NCBI GenBank assembly: GCA_963800795.1 | Contig: CAWDCJ010000009.1 | Location: forward strand, 27,475 to 91,474 | Direction: 5' to 3' | From: an uncultured Chloroflexia bacterium | GTDB lineage: Bacteria > Chloroflexota > Limnocylindria > Limnocylindrales > CSP1-4 | DNA length: 64,000 bases | Part shown: positions 44,196 to 54,293 of the stretch, piece by piece | Layout: each line of letters starts with the position of its first letter | Position numbering within the stretch: the first letter of the stretch is position 1 | The notes under the pieces: model-generated | Told to the model about the DNA's origin: nothing | The model's input: the letters and a program-made list of their open reading frames with translations, nothing else | Database searches by the model: none | Translations under genes and position numbers: made by a program

Positions 44196-45752
44196 TCAGT
44201 GCGCGGCGGCTCGTGCTGCGGGCATCGGTGACTGGCATCGTCGGCTCCGCCTCGGCCCGGGGCGGGTACTCGCCGCGCAGCCAGGCGTCGATGGAGGCGG
44301 CGGCGCGCTTGCCGTCGCCCATCGCCAGGATCACCGTGGCCGCCCCGCGCACGATGTCGCCGCCGGCGAAGACGCCCGGTAGCGACGACATGCCGTGCTC
44401 GTCGGTGACGATGTAGCCCTCCTTGTTGAGCGCCAGGTCCGGCTCCGACGCGGTGAGGAGCGGGTTCGAGCGCGTGCCGATCGCCACCACGACCATCTCG
44501 CAGTTCGATCACGAACTCGGAGCCCGCGATCGGGGTGGGTCGACGCCGGCCGGACGCGTCAGGCTCGCCCAGCTCCATGCGGATGCACCGGATCCCGGTG
44601 ACCCAGCGGTTCTCGTCGCCGAGCACCTCGAGCGGCGCCACCTGCAGCTCGAACCGGATCCCTTCCTGCTCGGCGTGGTGGACCTCCTCCGCGCGGGCAG
44701 GGAGCTCGGCCATGCCGCGCCGGTAGACGATCGTCGCCTCGTCGGCTCCCAGGCGCTTCGCGGTCCGGACCGAGTCCATCGCGACGTTGCCGCCACCGAC
44801 GACCACGACCCGGTGGCCCCGCAGGACCGGCGTGTCGGACTCGGGGTTCCAGGCGCCCATCAGGTTGACGCGCGTGAGGTACTCGTTGGCCGAGTAGACG
44901 CCCTTGAGGTTCTCACCCGGCACGTTCATGAAGACCGGCAGGCCGGCACCCACGGCCAGGAAGACGGAGTCGAACCGATCGCGCAGCTCGCGCAGGGTGT
45001 AGGTGCGGCCGATGATCGCGTTCGTCTCGATCTTGACGCCGGTCGCCACGAGGCGGTCCACCTCCTGCTGGACGATGTCCTTCGGAAGCCGGAACTCGGG
45101 GATCCCGTAGATCAGCACGCCGCCGGCGGCGTGAAATGCTTCGAACACGGTGACGTCGTGGCCCTGCTTGACCAGCTCGCCCGCGGCGGTCAGCCCGGCC
45201 GGGCCCGACCCGACGATGGCGACCGACCGCCCCGAGGTGGTCGGCGCGTCCGGCTTCGACCGGTCCGGGTGGGCCATCGCCCAGTCGGCCACGAACCGTT
45301 CCAGGGACCCGATCGCGACCGAGGCGCCCTTCTTGGCCCGGACGCAGCGGCCCTCGCACTGGATCTCCTGCGGGCAGACCCGTCCCGTGACGCAGGGGAG
45401 GGCGTTGTCGTCGAGAAGCGACGCGGCGGCACCGTCCATGTCGCCCGACCCGGAGCCGCTCGATGAACAGCGGGATGTTGACCCGGACCGGGCAACCCTC
45501 GATGCACACCGGGTTCTTGCACTGGAGGCAGCGCTCCGCCTCGAGCATCGCCAGCTGCTGCGAGTAGCCCAGGTTCACCTCGCGGAAGTTGGCCGCCCGC
45601 AGGAGCGCGTCCTGCTCGGGCATGTGCGTTCGATCGATCGTCATCCGCTCCTTCGGCAGGAGCGGATGATCGAAGGCCGGGGTGAATTCCGGGTCGCCGT
45701 GGGACGCGCCCGGGTCCCCCGTGGGGGAATCCGGGATTGGCTGGTCGGTCAT
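44196..45752 (-). CDS. nfnB: NfnB/SudA (GltD-like) large subunit of electron-bifurcating transhydrogenase (about three frameshifts)
   Basis: EAERCLQCKNPVCIEGCPV, GRVCPQEIQCE, GSGPAGL, YGIPEFRLPK, GGGNVAMD, FAGGDIVRGAATVILAMG. Confidence 0.92.
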
Positions 45753-46690
45753 CAGGCCGGCTTCCCCGTGGCCGCGGCCGCGACCGCCTCCCGTCCCTCT
45801 GCCGCGGTCGCCAGCCCCGGGATCAGGCACGGCCCGCCGGCCTCCTGGGCGGTCCCCGCATCCCTGGCCGCGTTGCGGCGGTGGGCGATCTCCAGGGCGC
45901 GCGCCTCGAAGTCCCGGTAGGTGCCCAGTCGATCGGCGAGCTCGCGGAAGTCGACCTGGTGCGCGTCGAACTCGGGCCCGTCCACGCATGCGTAGACGGT
46001 CTTGCCGCCGACCGCGACCCGACAGCCACCGCACATTCCGGTGCCGTCGAGCATGATCGCGTTCAGCGAGGCGAAGGTCGGAACGCCATACGGCCGGGTC
46101 ACCTCGGCGACCGCGCGCATCATGGGGACCGGGCCGACGGCGTACACGGCGTCGACGCCGCCCGCCTCGATGACGTCGCGAAGCGCGTCGGTCACGAAAC
46201 CGGGACGCCCGTAGCTCCCGTCGTCCGTGCAGGTGATGACCTCGCCGGCGCGCCGCAGCTCGTCCTCGAAGATGACCCACTCCCGGGAGCGGCCGCCGAT
46301 CACGCTGATCACCTCGACCCCGCGGGCGGCCAGCCCCAGCGCGATCGGGTGGACCACGGCCGTGCCGACGCCACCGCCGACGCAGACCGCCCGACCGTGG
46401 TCGAGCAGCTCCGTGGCCCTGCCGAGCGGGCCCGCGACATCCGCGATCGCGTCGCCGGGCTGCAGGGCGACCAGGTCCTCGGTGCTCTTGCCGACGGCCT
46501 GGATCACGAGCGTGATCGTTCCGCGCTCCGGGTCGGCGTCCGCGATCGTGAGCGGGATCCGCTCCGCGCCGGGGGCGCGATGGACGATCACGAACTGGCC
46601 TGGCTGGCGGATCTCGGCGATGCGACGCGCCTCGATGACGAGGCGCGTCACGTTCGGTGAAAGCTGGGTCCTGTCGAGGACGGCGTGCAT
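45752..46690 (-). CDS. nfnA: NfnA/SudB small subunit (FAD, [2Fe-2S])
   Basis: PGQFVI, ERIPLTI, GPLG, GGGVG, DDGSYG, DGTGMCGGCRV..ACVDGPEF; stop overlaps the nfnB start. Confidence 0.94.
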   Translation of the reverse strand: MHAVLDRTQLSPNVTRLVIEARRIAEIRQPGQFVIVHRAPGAERIPLTIADADPERGTITLVIQAVGKSTEDLVALQPGDAIADVAGPLGRATELLDHGRAVCVGGGVGTAVVHPIALGLAARGVEVISVIGGRSREWVIFEDELRRAGEVITCTDDGSYGRPGFVTDALRDVIEAGGVDAVYAVGPVPMMRAVAEVTRPYGVPTFASLNAIMLDGTGMCGGCRVAVGGKTVYACVDGPEFDAHQVDFRELADRLGTYRDFEARALEIAHRRNAARDAGTAQEAGGPCLIPGLATAAEGREAVAAAATGKPA

Positions 46691-46740
46691 GGGAACTCCC
46701 GCTCGGGTGCGCGTGTTTCCGTCATCATGCGCGCATTACG

Positions 46741-46774
46741 AAAATCGATCCATGCGCAACAGTGCATGGATCGA
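46741..46774 (-). terminator. Hairpin plus T-tract (probable intrinsic terminator after fdx; alternatively an operator)
   Basis: Perfect 11-bp arms tcgatccatgc/gcatggatcga (46745-46774), followed on the minus strand by TTTT. Confidence 0.6.
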
Positions 46775-46863
46775 GGGCCGAATGTCACACCGCCGCGGGC
46801 CCGCGCTTCCGAACGACCGGGCGGAGCCCGGTGCGCCAGCTCCCCGCGCGGGCGCCTCGGGGG

Positions 46864-47067
46864 TCAGATAGTCAGGGCCGGGCTGGCGGCGATGATCGCC
46901 TCGGTCGGGCAGACCTCGACCCCGATGCAGCCCCCGACCGCGACACAGTCGCCGCAGATCTCGGGATCCACGACGTAGACGTCGCCCGCCTTCGAGATGG
47001 CCCCGCAAGGGCACTCAGGCTCGCAGTTCCCGCACCCGATGCAGTCGTCCGTGATCGTGCTGGCCAT
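46864..47067 (-). CDS. 2[4Fe-4S] ferredoxin
   Basis: CIGCGNCEPECP and CGDCVAVGGCIGVEVCP; AGGAAGG SD before ATG 47067. Confidence 0.9.
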   Translation of the reverse strand: MASTITDDCIGCGNCEPECPCGAISKAGDVYVVDPEICGDCVAVGGCIGVEVCPTEAIIAASPALTI

Positions 47068-47115
47068 GTCCACCTTCCTGCAGGTTGATGCGGCGGGGCC
47101 GGAGCCGGGCTCCGC

Positions 47116-47553
47116 CTAGACGGCGGCCGCGGCCGTGCCGCCGGTCGCATCGCCCTGGACGGGGGGACTGCCGTCCGGGAGTTGCTGGTGCCACTCCTGG
47201 TGCCCAGGGCGCGGGTCGCCCGGGGCCGCCCCGGTATGCAGGTGGACGTGAGGCGCATCCACCGACATCCGGAGGCTGTCCTTGTTGCAGAGATCGATGC
47301 AGACGCCGCAGGCGATGCAGCGAAGCTGCTCGATGGCGAAGGAGCGCTCCTCGCGCGAGACGGTCAAGGCAACGGTCGGGCAGCGCCGCGCGCACAGCCC
47401 GCAGAAGACGCAGGTTGCCAGGTCGAACTCGAGCGTCCCGCGGGTGCCCGCGAAGTGCGGGCGCGTCTCGCTCGGGTAGCGGCGCGTCGCCGGGCGGGAG
47501 AGGAGGTTGCGCAGCGATCGGCCCACCATCGGCAGGTTGAAGGGGTTCGCCAT
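47116..47553 (-). CDS. echF: Ech hydrogenase 2[4Fe-4S] subunit (NuoI-like)
   Basis: PATRRYP, CVFCGLCARRCP, CIACGVCIDLC. Confidence 0.9.
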   Translation of the reverse strand: MANPFNLPMVGRSLRNLLSRPATRRYPSETRPHFAGTRGTLEFDLATCVFCGLCARRCPTVALTVSREERSFAIEQLRCIACGVCIDLCNKDSLRMSVDAPHVHLHTGAAPGDPRPGHQEWHQQLPDGSPPVQGDATGGTAAAAV

Positions 47554-47554
47554 C

Positions 47555-48640
47555 TCAGCGCTCCGTGCAGCTGATGCAGGGATCGATGGTCATGATGATG
47601 TTCGGGACGTCGGCCAGGTCGCAGCCCTTGACCAGCTTGATCATGGCCGGGATGTTGGCGAAGGTCGGCGTCCGCGCCCGGAAGCGCTCGAGGTACTTCG
47701 TGCCGTTCGCCTTGATGTAGTAGATGACCTCGCCGCGGGGCTGCTCGAGGCGCTCGAAGACCTCGCCGGTCGGGAGGCCGCGCACCTTGACCTCGATCGG
47801 TGCGCCCTCCGCCTTCGGCATCCGCGAGACGGCCTGGGAGATCAGGTCGATCGACTGCAGGATCTCCCGCACCCGCACCACCACCCGGGCGAGGCAGTCA
47901 CCGGCCGTCTCGATCACGGGCGTGAAGTCCAGCCGGTCGTAGAGATGCGTGCCGCTGGTCCGGGTGTCGAGCGGGATGCCGGAAGCGCGCGCCATCGGTC
48001 CGACCGCGTCCACCGCGTGCGCGTCCTCGCGGCTCAGGAGTCCCACGCCGGACAGGCGATGACGGATGGACGGATCGGTCTCGAAGATGCGCGCCGTCTG
48101 GGCGAAGCTCGCCCCCAGCTCCTGCAGCTTCTCGACGATCGCGGCGAGCTCGCTGTCCGAGATGTCGCGGCGCACGCCGCCGATCCGATTGACCGAGAAG
48201 ATGATCCGGCCGCCGGTCGTCTTCTCGAAGATGTCGAGCACCTCCTCGCGCGTCCGCCAGCAGTGCATGAAGAGGTTCTCGAAGCCGAAGGCGTCGGCGC
48301 CAAGGCCCAGCCAGAGGAGGTGGCTGTGGATCCGCGACATCTCGGCCCAGATCAGGCGCAGCCAGCTGGCGCGCTCCGGCACCTCGACGCCCATGATCTT
48401 CTCCATCGCCACGGCATAGCCCATGCCGTGCATGAAGCTGCAGATCCCGCAGATGCGCTCCACCACGTAGCCGAACTCGGTGTACTCGACGCGCTCGACG
48501 AGCGCCTCCAGGCCCCGGTGGATGTAGCCGATGGTGGGGATCGCATCCACCACCTTCTCGTCCTCCAGGACCAGGTCGAGCACGATCGGCTCGGGCAGGA
48601 CCGGGTGCTGAGGCCCCATGGGGACGACGGTGCGCTTCAT
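47555..48640 (-). CDS. echE: Ech [NiFe]-hydrogenase large subunit (group 4)
   Basis: GPQHPVLPEP, GYIHRG, L1 RICGIC, L2 DPCISCTER with no C-terminal extension. Confidence 0.95.
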   Translation of the reverse strand: MKRTVVPMGPQHPVLPEPIVLDLVLEDEKVVDAIPTIGYIHRGLEALVERVEYTEFGYVVERICGICSFMHGMGYAVAMEKIMGVEVPERASWLRLIWAEMSRIHSHLLWLGLGADAFGFENLFMHCWRTREEVLDIFEKTTGGRIIFSVNRIGGVRRDISDSELAAIVEKLQELGASFAQTARIFETDPSIRHRLSGVGLLSREDAHAVDAVGPMARASGIPLDTRTSGTHLYDRLDFTPVIETAGDCLARVVVRVREILQSIDLISQAVSRMPKAEGAPIEVKVRGLPTGEVFERLEQPRGEVIYYIKANGTKYLERFRARTPTFANIPAMIKLVKGCDLADVPNIIMTIDPCISCTER

Positions 48641-49050
48641 GCCTTCTTCGCCCCGACTTCGTGCTTCAGGGGTGCGTCGCCTCTTCCGAGGGCGTCGAGG
48701 CGGGCCCGGATCGCGCTCGGTGCGAAGGGCACGATGGTCGAAGTCTTGTAGAGCTGGCCCCTGAGATCGAGCGCCATCCCGGTCACGTTGACCCCGAACA
48801 GCTCCCGCATCTCGTTCTCGTACAGGAATGCCGCGCCGAAGGACCCCGAGATGCTGGGGACCTCCTCGCCGGGCAGGACCTGCTCGCGCAGATGCTCGAA
48901 GGCGCCGGCGCGCGCGAACGACCAGCTGATGTCCACCGCGCCGTGCTCCATGCCCTCGGCGGGCAGGATGCTCGTGGCGTTGATGATCGCGAGCCGCCAG
49001 CCGTCCCGCTGGTACTGGCCGACCCGGGCGAGGAACGTCTCCTTCTCCAT
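48637..49050 (-). CDS. echD: Ech subunit D (NuoC-like)
   Basis: VPSISGSFGAAFLYENEMRELFGV. Confidence 0.88.
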   Translation of the reverse strand: MEKETFLARVGQYQRDGWRLAIINATSILPAEGMEHGAVDISWSFARAGAFEHLREQVLPGEEVPSISGSFGAAFLYENEMRELFGVNVTGMALDLRGQLYKTSTIVPFAPSAIRARLDALGRGDAPLKHEVGAKKA

Positions 49051-49475
49051 CAGGCGCTCCGCTTCCGCTTCTGCTCGAGCGCCGCGATGCCGGAGACCAC
49101 GCCGTCGATGATGCTCTCGGGACGGGCCGCGCAGCCGGGGACGTAGACGTCCACGGGGATCACGTGGTCGATGCCGCCCTGGATGTTGTAGGCCCGCGCG
49201 AAGATGCCGCCCGAGCAGGCGCAGGCCCCCACCGCGACGACCACCTTGGGGTCGGGCATCTGCCGGTACAGGTTCTGGATGATCTCGATGTTCCGCTCGT
49301 TGACGCTGCCGGTGACGAGCAGGATGTCCGCGTGCTTCGGGTTGCCCGTGTTCACGACGCCGAAGCGTTCGACGTCGTAGAGCGGCGTCAGGCAGGCCAG
49401 CACCTCGATGTCGCAGCCGTTGCAGCTGGATCCGTCGTAGTGGAGGATCCAGGGGGAGCGCTTGAAGAGGGACAT
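49050..49475 (-). CDS. echC: Ech small subunit (NuoB-like)
   Basis: SSCNGCDIE, GNPKHAD, VGACACSGG, VPGCAARPE. Confidence 0.93.
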   Translation of the reverse strand: MSLFKRSPWILHYDGSSCNGCDIEVLACLTPLYDVERFGVVNTGNPKHADILLVTGSVNERNIEIIQNLYRQMPDPKVVVAVGACACSGGIFARAYNIQGGIDHVIPVDVYVPGCAARPESIIDGVVSGIAALEQKRKRSA

Positions 49476-49480
49476 CCGCA

Positions 49481-50337
49481 TCACCTGGCCAGGAGGAAGA
49501 GGGCGAGGACGTTGCCGCCGGTGAGCACCAGCGTGACCGCCCAGGTCGAGCGCAGGACGAGCTGCCACTTCGCCCGCGAGGTGGAGTTGTCGACCAGGAC
49601 CTCCAGGCCGTAGGCGATCACGAAGGCGAGCAGCCCGAGCGGCACGCTCCAGTTGAAGAAGAGCACGACGAACGCGCAAAGGAGCGCCGACTCGTACCAG
49701 TGGGCCACCTCCACGTAGGCCAGCAGGCGCCCCGACATGTCCGAGGTCAGGCCGTTGACCAGCTCCTGATGGGGGTGGTGGGAGGTGGAGATGTCGAACG
49801 GTGACTTGCGCAGCTTGATCGTGGCGACGAAGAGGAATGCCAGGAGCACGCCCGGCAGGGCCGGGGCGACCAGCACGGGCGAGGCGAGCACCCCCGCGTA
49901 GGTGCTCGCGCCGGTCGCCTTGCAGATGGCGGCCAGCATGAGGATGAAGAACGGCTCGGAGGCGAGCAGGACCACCAGCTCGCGCTCCGCCCCGGCGAAG
50001 CTGTACGGCGAGTCGACCGAGCCGGCCGCAAGGACCAGGCAGAGGGCCGCGAGGGCGAACACGAACGCGATGAAGATCAGGTCGGTGCCCCCGAGGGCCA
50101 GCGCCCCGGCCGCGGCCATGAAGCCGACGTGGCCCAGGAGCAGCGGCTCGACGACCGGGTTGATCCGGCCGCGGCCTCCTTCTCGAAAAGCTTCCCCACG
50201 TCGTAGAACGGCTGGAGCAGCGGCGGCCCGACGCGGCCCTGCATCCGGGCGCTGGCGATGCGGTCCACGCCGGCCAGGAGGCCCCCGAAGAACGGGGCGG
50301 CGACGACGAACAGGAGGCCGTAGGAGAGCGGGCTCAT
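49481..50337 (-). CDS. echB: Ech membrane subunit B (NuoH-like; frameshift near 50170)
   Basis: GVDRIASARMQGRVGPPLLQPFYDVGKL; PFDIS.SHH.HQELV. Confidence 0.92.
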
Positions 50338-52266
50338 CGCGGCACCGCGATCCCGACCAGGATCATCGCGGCGAGGATGGCTCCGCACGCGAGCGTCCCT
50401 GCCCGGAAGACGAGCGCGCCGTCGACCACGCCCTCGAGGTAGTAGTTGCGCAGCGTGACGGTCCGTGTCCCGCCCAGCGCGGCGCCCATCAGGTGGCCGG
50501 CGTTCGCACTGCGTCCGCTCGTGTAGAAGTCCGCGAGGTCGTAGCTCGATCGGCTCGAGGCCCAGAGCGCCAGCGCCGGCAGGAAGAGCACGGCCACCAG
50601 CATCACGACCACCATGGCCGGGTTGAGGGCCAGGAAGACGCGCGGCGTCGCCGAGAAGGCCGCCAGCGCGTACGGCCCGACGACGTGGTCGGAGATCCAT
50701 CCCAGGCCGGCGGTGATCCCGATGCACGCCGACCGCGAGGACGATCTCGGCGAACCACTCGTAGCGGGTGACGCGGTCCTCGACCGAGCGCTCGTACGGC
50801 TCGATGCTGCGCATCGAGAGGATCTTGATGAGCAGCTTGCCCCAGTAGAAGATCGTCAGCGAGCTGCCGAAGGCCATGATGATCAGGAATATCGCGCCGG
50901 CGAAGCCGGGCACCTCCAGGAAGGCCCGGATCGCGGTCCACTTCGCCACCACGATCCCGAACGGCGCGATGAACATGCCCGCGATCCCGGTCAGGGCCAG
51001 CGCGCTCACCCGCGGCATCCGGCTCACGAGCGTGTCGAAGTTCTCCATGTCCTTGGTGTAGAGCCGGTTCTCCAGCGTTCCCACCACCAGGAAGAGGAGG
51101 GCCTTGGCGACCGCGTGGAAGATCACGATCATCACGCCCACCCAGACCAGCTCCGGGGTGCCGATCCCGGCGCACCCGACGATCAGACCGAGGCTCCCGA
51201 TCGTGGAGTAGGCGAGCACCTTCTTCGTGTTCCGCTCGGTCACCGCGACCGTCGACGCGAACAGGAACGTCAGCAGGCCCACGAACGCGACCAGCGTGCC
51301 GACGGCCGACCCCGCCATCGCCGGCGAGAGACGCAGCAGCAGGAAGACGCCGGCCTTGACCATGGTGCTCGAATGGAGCAGGGCCGAGGTGGGGGAGGGT
51401 GCGTACATCGCGCCCAGCAGCCACGACGAGAAGGGCATCTGGGCGCTCTTCGTGATCCCGGCCAGCGAGAGCAGCGCGATCGCCGGGAGGAGCGCCGTCC
51501 CGGCCGGTCCGGCGGTCAGCCTGGCCAGGTCCATGCCGTCGGGCTGGCCGGCCAGCAGCAGCATGGCCACGGAGAAGCCCAGCCCGCCGAGCAGGTTCAT
51601 GTTGAGCGCGTCAAAGGCGTAGCCGATCGTCTCCTCGGTCCGCGTGTAGCCGATCAGGAGGAACGAGCAGATGGTCGTGATCTCCCAGAACACGCTCATC
51701 ATCGGGAGATCGTTGGAGACGACCAGCCCGAACATCGCCCCGAGGAACAGGAACAGGAGGAAGAAGAAGGAGGTGCGCCGGCCACGGATCATCGGGTTCG
51801 CACGCTGGTAGTCGCGCATGTACCCGAGCGCGTGGATGCAGATCAGCGGCCCCACGATCCCGATCACCAGGACCATCACCATGGTCAGCCGATCGAACCA
51901 GAAGAGCCGCGACGGGTCGGCGTCCGGCAGGTGGCCCCCCAGGTCCAGGTAGAGCGCGATCCCCAGCTGGGCAGCTGCCATGATCGGTGCGACCACGCGC
52001 CCGTTCTGCAGGCTGACCACCACGATGAAGACCGCGATGGCCGCCTCCGCCACCAGGACCAGGTGGCCGGGCGTGAAGCCGCCCGGCAGGCCGAAGAAGA
52101 CCGCGTCGCCGTTGCCGAAGGTGAAGACGGTCACCAGCGACGCAGTGGCCACCACGACGCAGGCGAGCACGACGATGGCATTCCGAAGGGTGGCCCGGGT
52201 GACGACGAGCAGCCCGCCGCTGACAACGATCGGGAAGGCGACCAGGAAGACCGTGAGTGCGCTCAT
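50334..52266 (-). CDS. echA: Ech antiporter-like membrane subunit A (NuoL-like; frameshift near 50740)
   Basis: FWEITTICSFLLIG, KSAQMPFSSWLLGAM.APSPTSALLHSSTMVKAG, KKVLAYST. Confidence 0.93.
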
Positions 52267-52293
52267 CTCAGTCGCGCCGTCTCCGGTCCGGCA

Positions 52294-52683
52294 TCAGTGC
52301 GCCGCCTCGAGGAGGTGGTCCACCTCGTAGACGAGGACGTCCGGGGAGACCGGCTTCTCCATGAAGCGCGCGACGGGCAGCCATCCGCCGTCCCGGTCCT
52401 GCGCGGCGAGCTCGCGGGCGGAGATGAACTCGTCCACCCGGCTGAGCATGATCAGCGACAACCCGGGGAAGTCGCGGGCGAGCTTTCGGGCAAGGTCGAA
52501 ACCTGCGGTCGTCCCGTCGAGCATCGCCTCGAGCACCACGAGGTCGGGCGTATCGCGCCGTGTGGCGGCGAGCCCGTCGGCCGTCGTCCTGGCCGTGGCC
52601 ACGGCATGGCCGTCCGCCTCCAGAGCGGCCCTGTTCCGCGCGACCAGGTCCGCGTCATCGTCCACCAGAAGGATGTGTGCCAT
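52294..52683 (-). CDS. Stand-alone receiver-domain protein (atypical)
   Basis: ILLVDDD, PDLVVLE, IMLS, FMEKPV. Confidence 0.88.
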   Translation of the reverse strand: MAHILLVDDDADLVARNRAALEADGHAVATARTTADGLAATRRDTPDLVVLEAMLDGTTAGFDLARKLARDFPGLSLIMLSRVDEFISARELAAQDRDGGWLPVARFMEKPVSPDVLVYEVDHLLEAAH

Positions 52684-52901
52684 ATCCCGTCCAGGCCCGG
52701 GGTCCGCCCGGAGCCATCAACTCCCGCGTCCACGGCCCACTCGGCCGCTTGGACTGTTGTGCTGTGCCAATCGACAGGGTAGCCAACCGACCGCGTTTGG
52801 CCGCTTGTAGATCGGCCCCTCGACACGTGCCGGACGGCCCGACATGGACGGGCCGAGTCGTCCCGGGGGCCCATCGGGCGCGGCGCGCTACGATGCGGGG
52901 C

Positions 52902-53246
52902 GTGCACGAGTTCTCGATCGCCGAGGCGCTGGTCGCCCAGGTGCAACGCCACGCGCCACCATCCGGGCGCGTGCGCGAGGTGGAGATCTGCGTCGGCGCG
53001 CTGCGGGGCCTGGAGCCCGACGCGCTCCGGATGTGCTGGGAGGCCGTGACCCACGGCACGTCGATCGACGGTGCGATCCTGCAGGTCGACCTCCGCCCGT
53101 GGACGATCACGTGCTCCAGCTGCGGGCGGACATGGACGAGCCCCGTCCCGTTCGTGGCCTGCGCGTGCGGCGATCCCGCCCCCCGCCCCACGGCTGGTGA
53201 CGAGCTGGACCTGGTCGCGCTCACCGTCGAAGCCGAGGAGGACTGA
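52902..53246 (+). CDS. hypA: Hydrogenase nickel incorporation protein HypA
   Basis: (V/M)HEFSIA, CSSC and CACG zinc motifs, GDEL; start GTG 52902 (alternative ATG 52893). Confidence 0.93.
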   Translation: MHEFSIAEALVAQVQRHAPPSGRVREVEICVGALRGLEPDALRMCWEAVTHGTSIDGAILQVDLRPWTITCSSCGRTWTSPVPFVACACGDPAPRPTAGDELDLVALTVEAEED

Positions 53247-53936
53247 ATGGCCGAAGCAGCCAGGACGACCCGGGTTCCGCTCGTCGAGCGGGTCCTGGAG
53301 GCGAACGATGAGGTCGCGGCCGCCAATCGCACCCAGCTGGAGCGGCGTGGCATCTTCTCGGTCGACCTGATCGGGGCGCCCGGCAGCGGCAAGACCGCGC
53401 TTCTCGAGGCGACCTTGCGGGCGCTGCGCGGACACCGGCGGCCGGCGGTCCTTGTCGGGGACTTGGCGACCCGCCGCGACGGCGACCGGCTGGCCCGCTG
53501 GTGCGACCAGGTGGTCCAGATCTCGACGGGCCAGGGATGCCACCTGGAGGCGAACCAGGTCCGGGACGCGCTCGCCGGGATCGACCTGGATGCCATCGAT
53601 CTTCTCTTCATCGAGAACGTGGGCAACCTGATCTGCCCGGTGGGCTTCGACCTGGGCCAGTCCGCCAAGGTCGGCCTGTTCAGCCTCACGGAGGGCGATG
53701 ACAAGGCGGCCAAGCACCCCTACCTGGTCGAGGCAGCCGACCTCATCCTGCTCAACAAGATCGACCTGCTGCCCTACCTGTCGTTCGACCGGTTGTTCTT
53801 CGAGGCGGACGTGCGGCTGCTGAACCCCGGCGTCCCAGTTCTCGGTGTCTCCGCGACGACCGGAGAGGGGTTGGACGCGTGGCTCGCCTGGCTGGAGCGA
53901 GCTCCGCTCCCCGGTGGTGCGACGGCGGGCGGCTGA
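53247..53936 (+). CDS. hypB: Hydrogenase nickel GTPase HypB
   Basis: GAPGSGKT, GCHL, IENVGNLICP, EGDDK..KHP, NKIDL. Confidence 0.96.
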   Translation: MAEAARTTRVPLVERVLEANDEVAAANRTQLERRGIFSVDLIGAPGSGKTALLEATLRALRGHRRPAVLVGDLATRRDGDRLARWCDQVVQISTGQGCHLEANQVRDALAGIDLDAIDLLFIENVGNLICPVGFDLGQSAKVGLFSLTEGDDKAAKHPYLVEAADLILLNKIDLLPYLSFDRLFFEADVRLLNPGVPVLGVSATTGEGLDAWLAWLERAPLPGGATAGG

Positions 53937-54293
53937 CGCTGGCGGGTCGGATTTCGCTCGAGGCGCGGTCGCCTCACCGGTGCCCGGAGGCAGGCCGGTC
54001 GAGAGCCGTCCGGGCCTGCATCCGGGGCCGACTGGCACTGGCCGCCCGGGTTGCCCGAGAGCGATCGTCGGTCGCAGTTAGACGTGGCGGATCGGGCCGT
54101 TCACCGTTGGAGCCAGGACACGCCGGCAGGGCGACGGTGCAGGCCGATCCGATCGGAGTGGCAGGTGCCCGGATCGATCTGACCGACGGCTCGCGTCACC
54201 CACGCTGCAGCAGGCCGTAGGCTCAGGGCGTCCCTCCTTCCCGGGTCGTGCTCTGCGCGCTGTGCGCGGAGTTCGCGTGGCGAGGAGGCGGAC

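Noticed and set aside
46700-46712. 13-nt exact match (cgctcgggtgcgc) to the repeat core upstream of nfnA
   Set aside because: Too short in GC-rich DNA, and the rest of the core and the arms are absent; compatible with chance
52760-52770. TTGGCAC on the minus strand upstream of the receiver-ech operon as a sigma54 promoter
   Set aside because: The -12 GC/TTGC element is missing at the required spacing (reads ACAACA)
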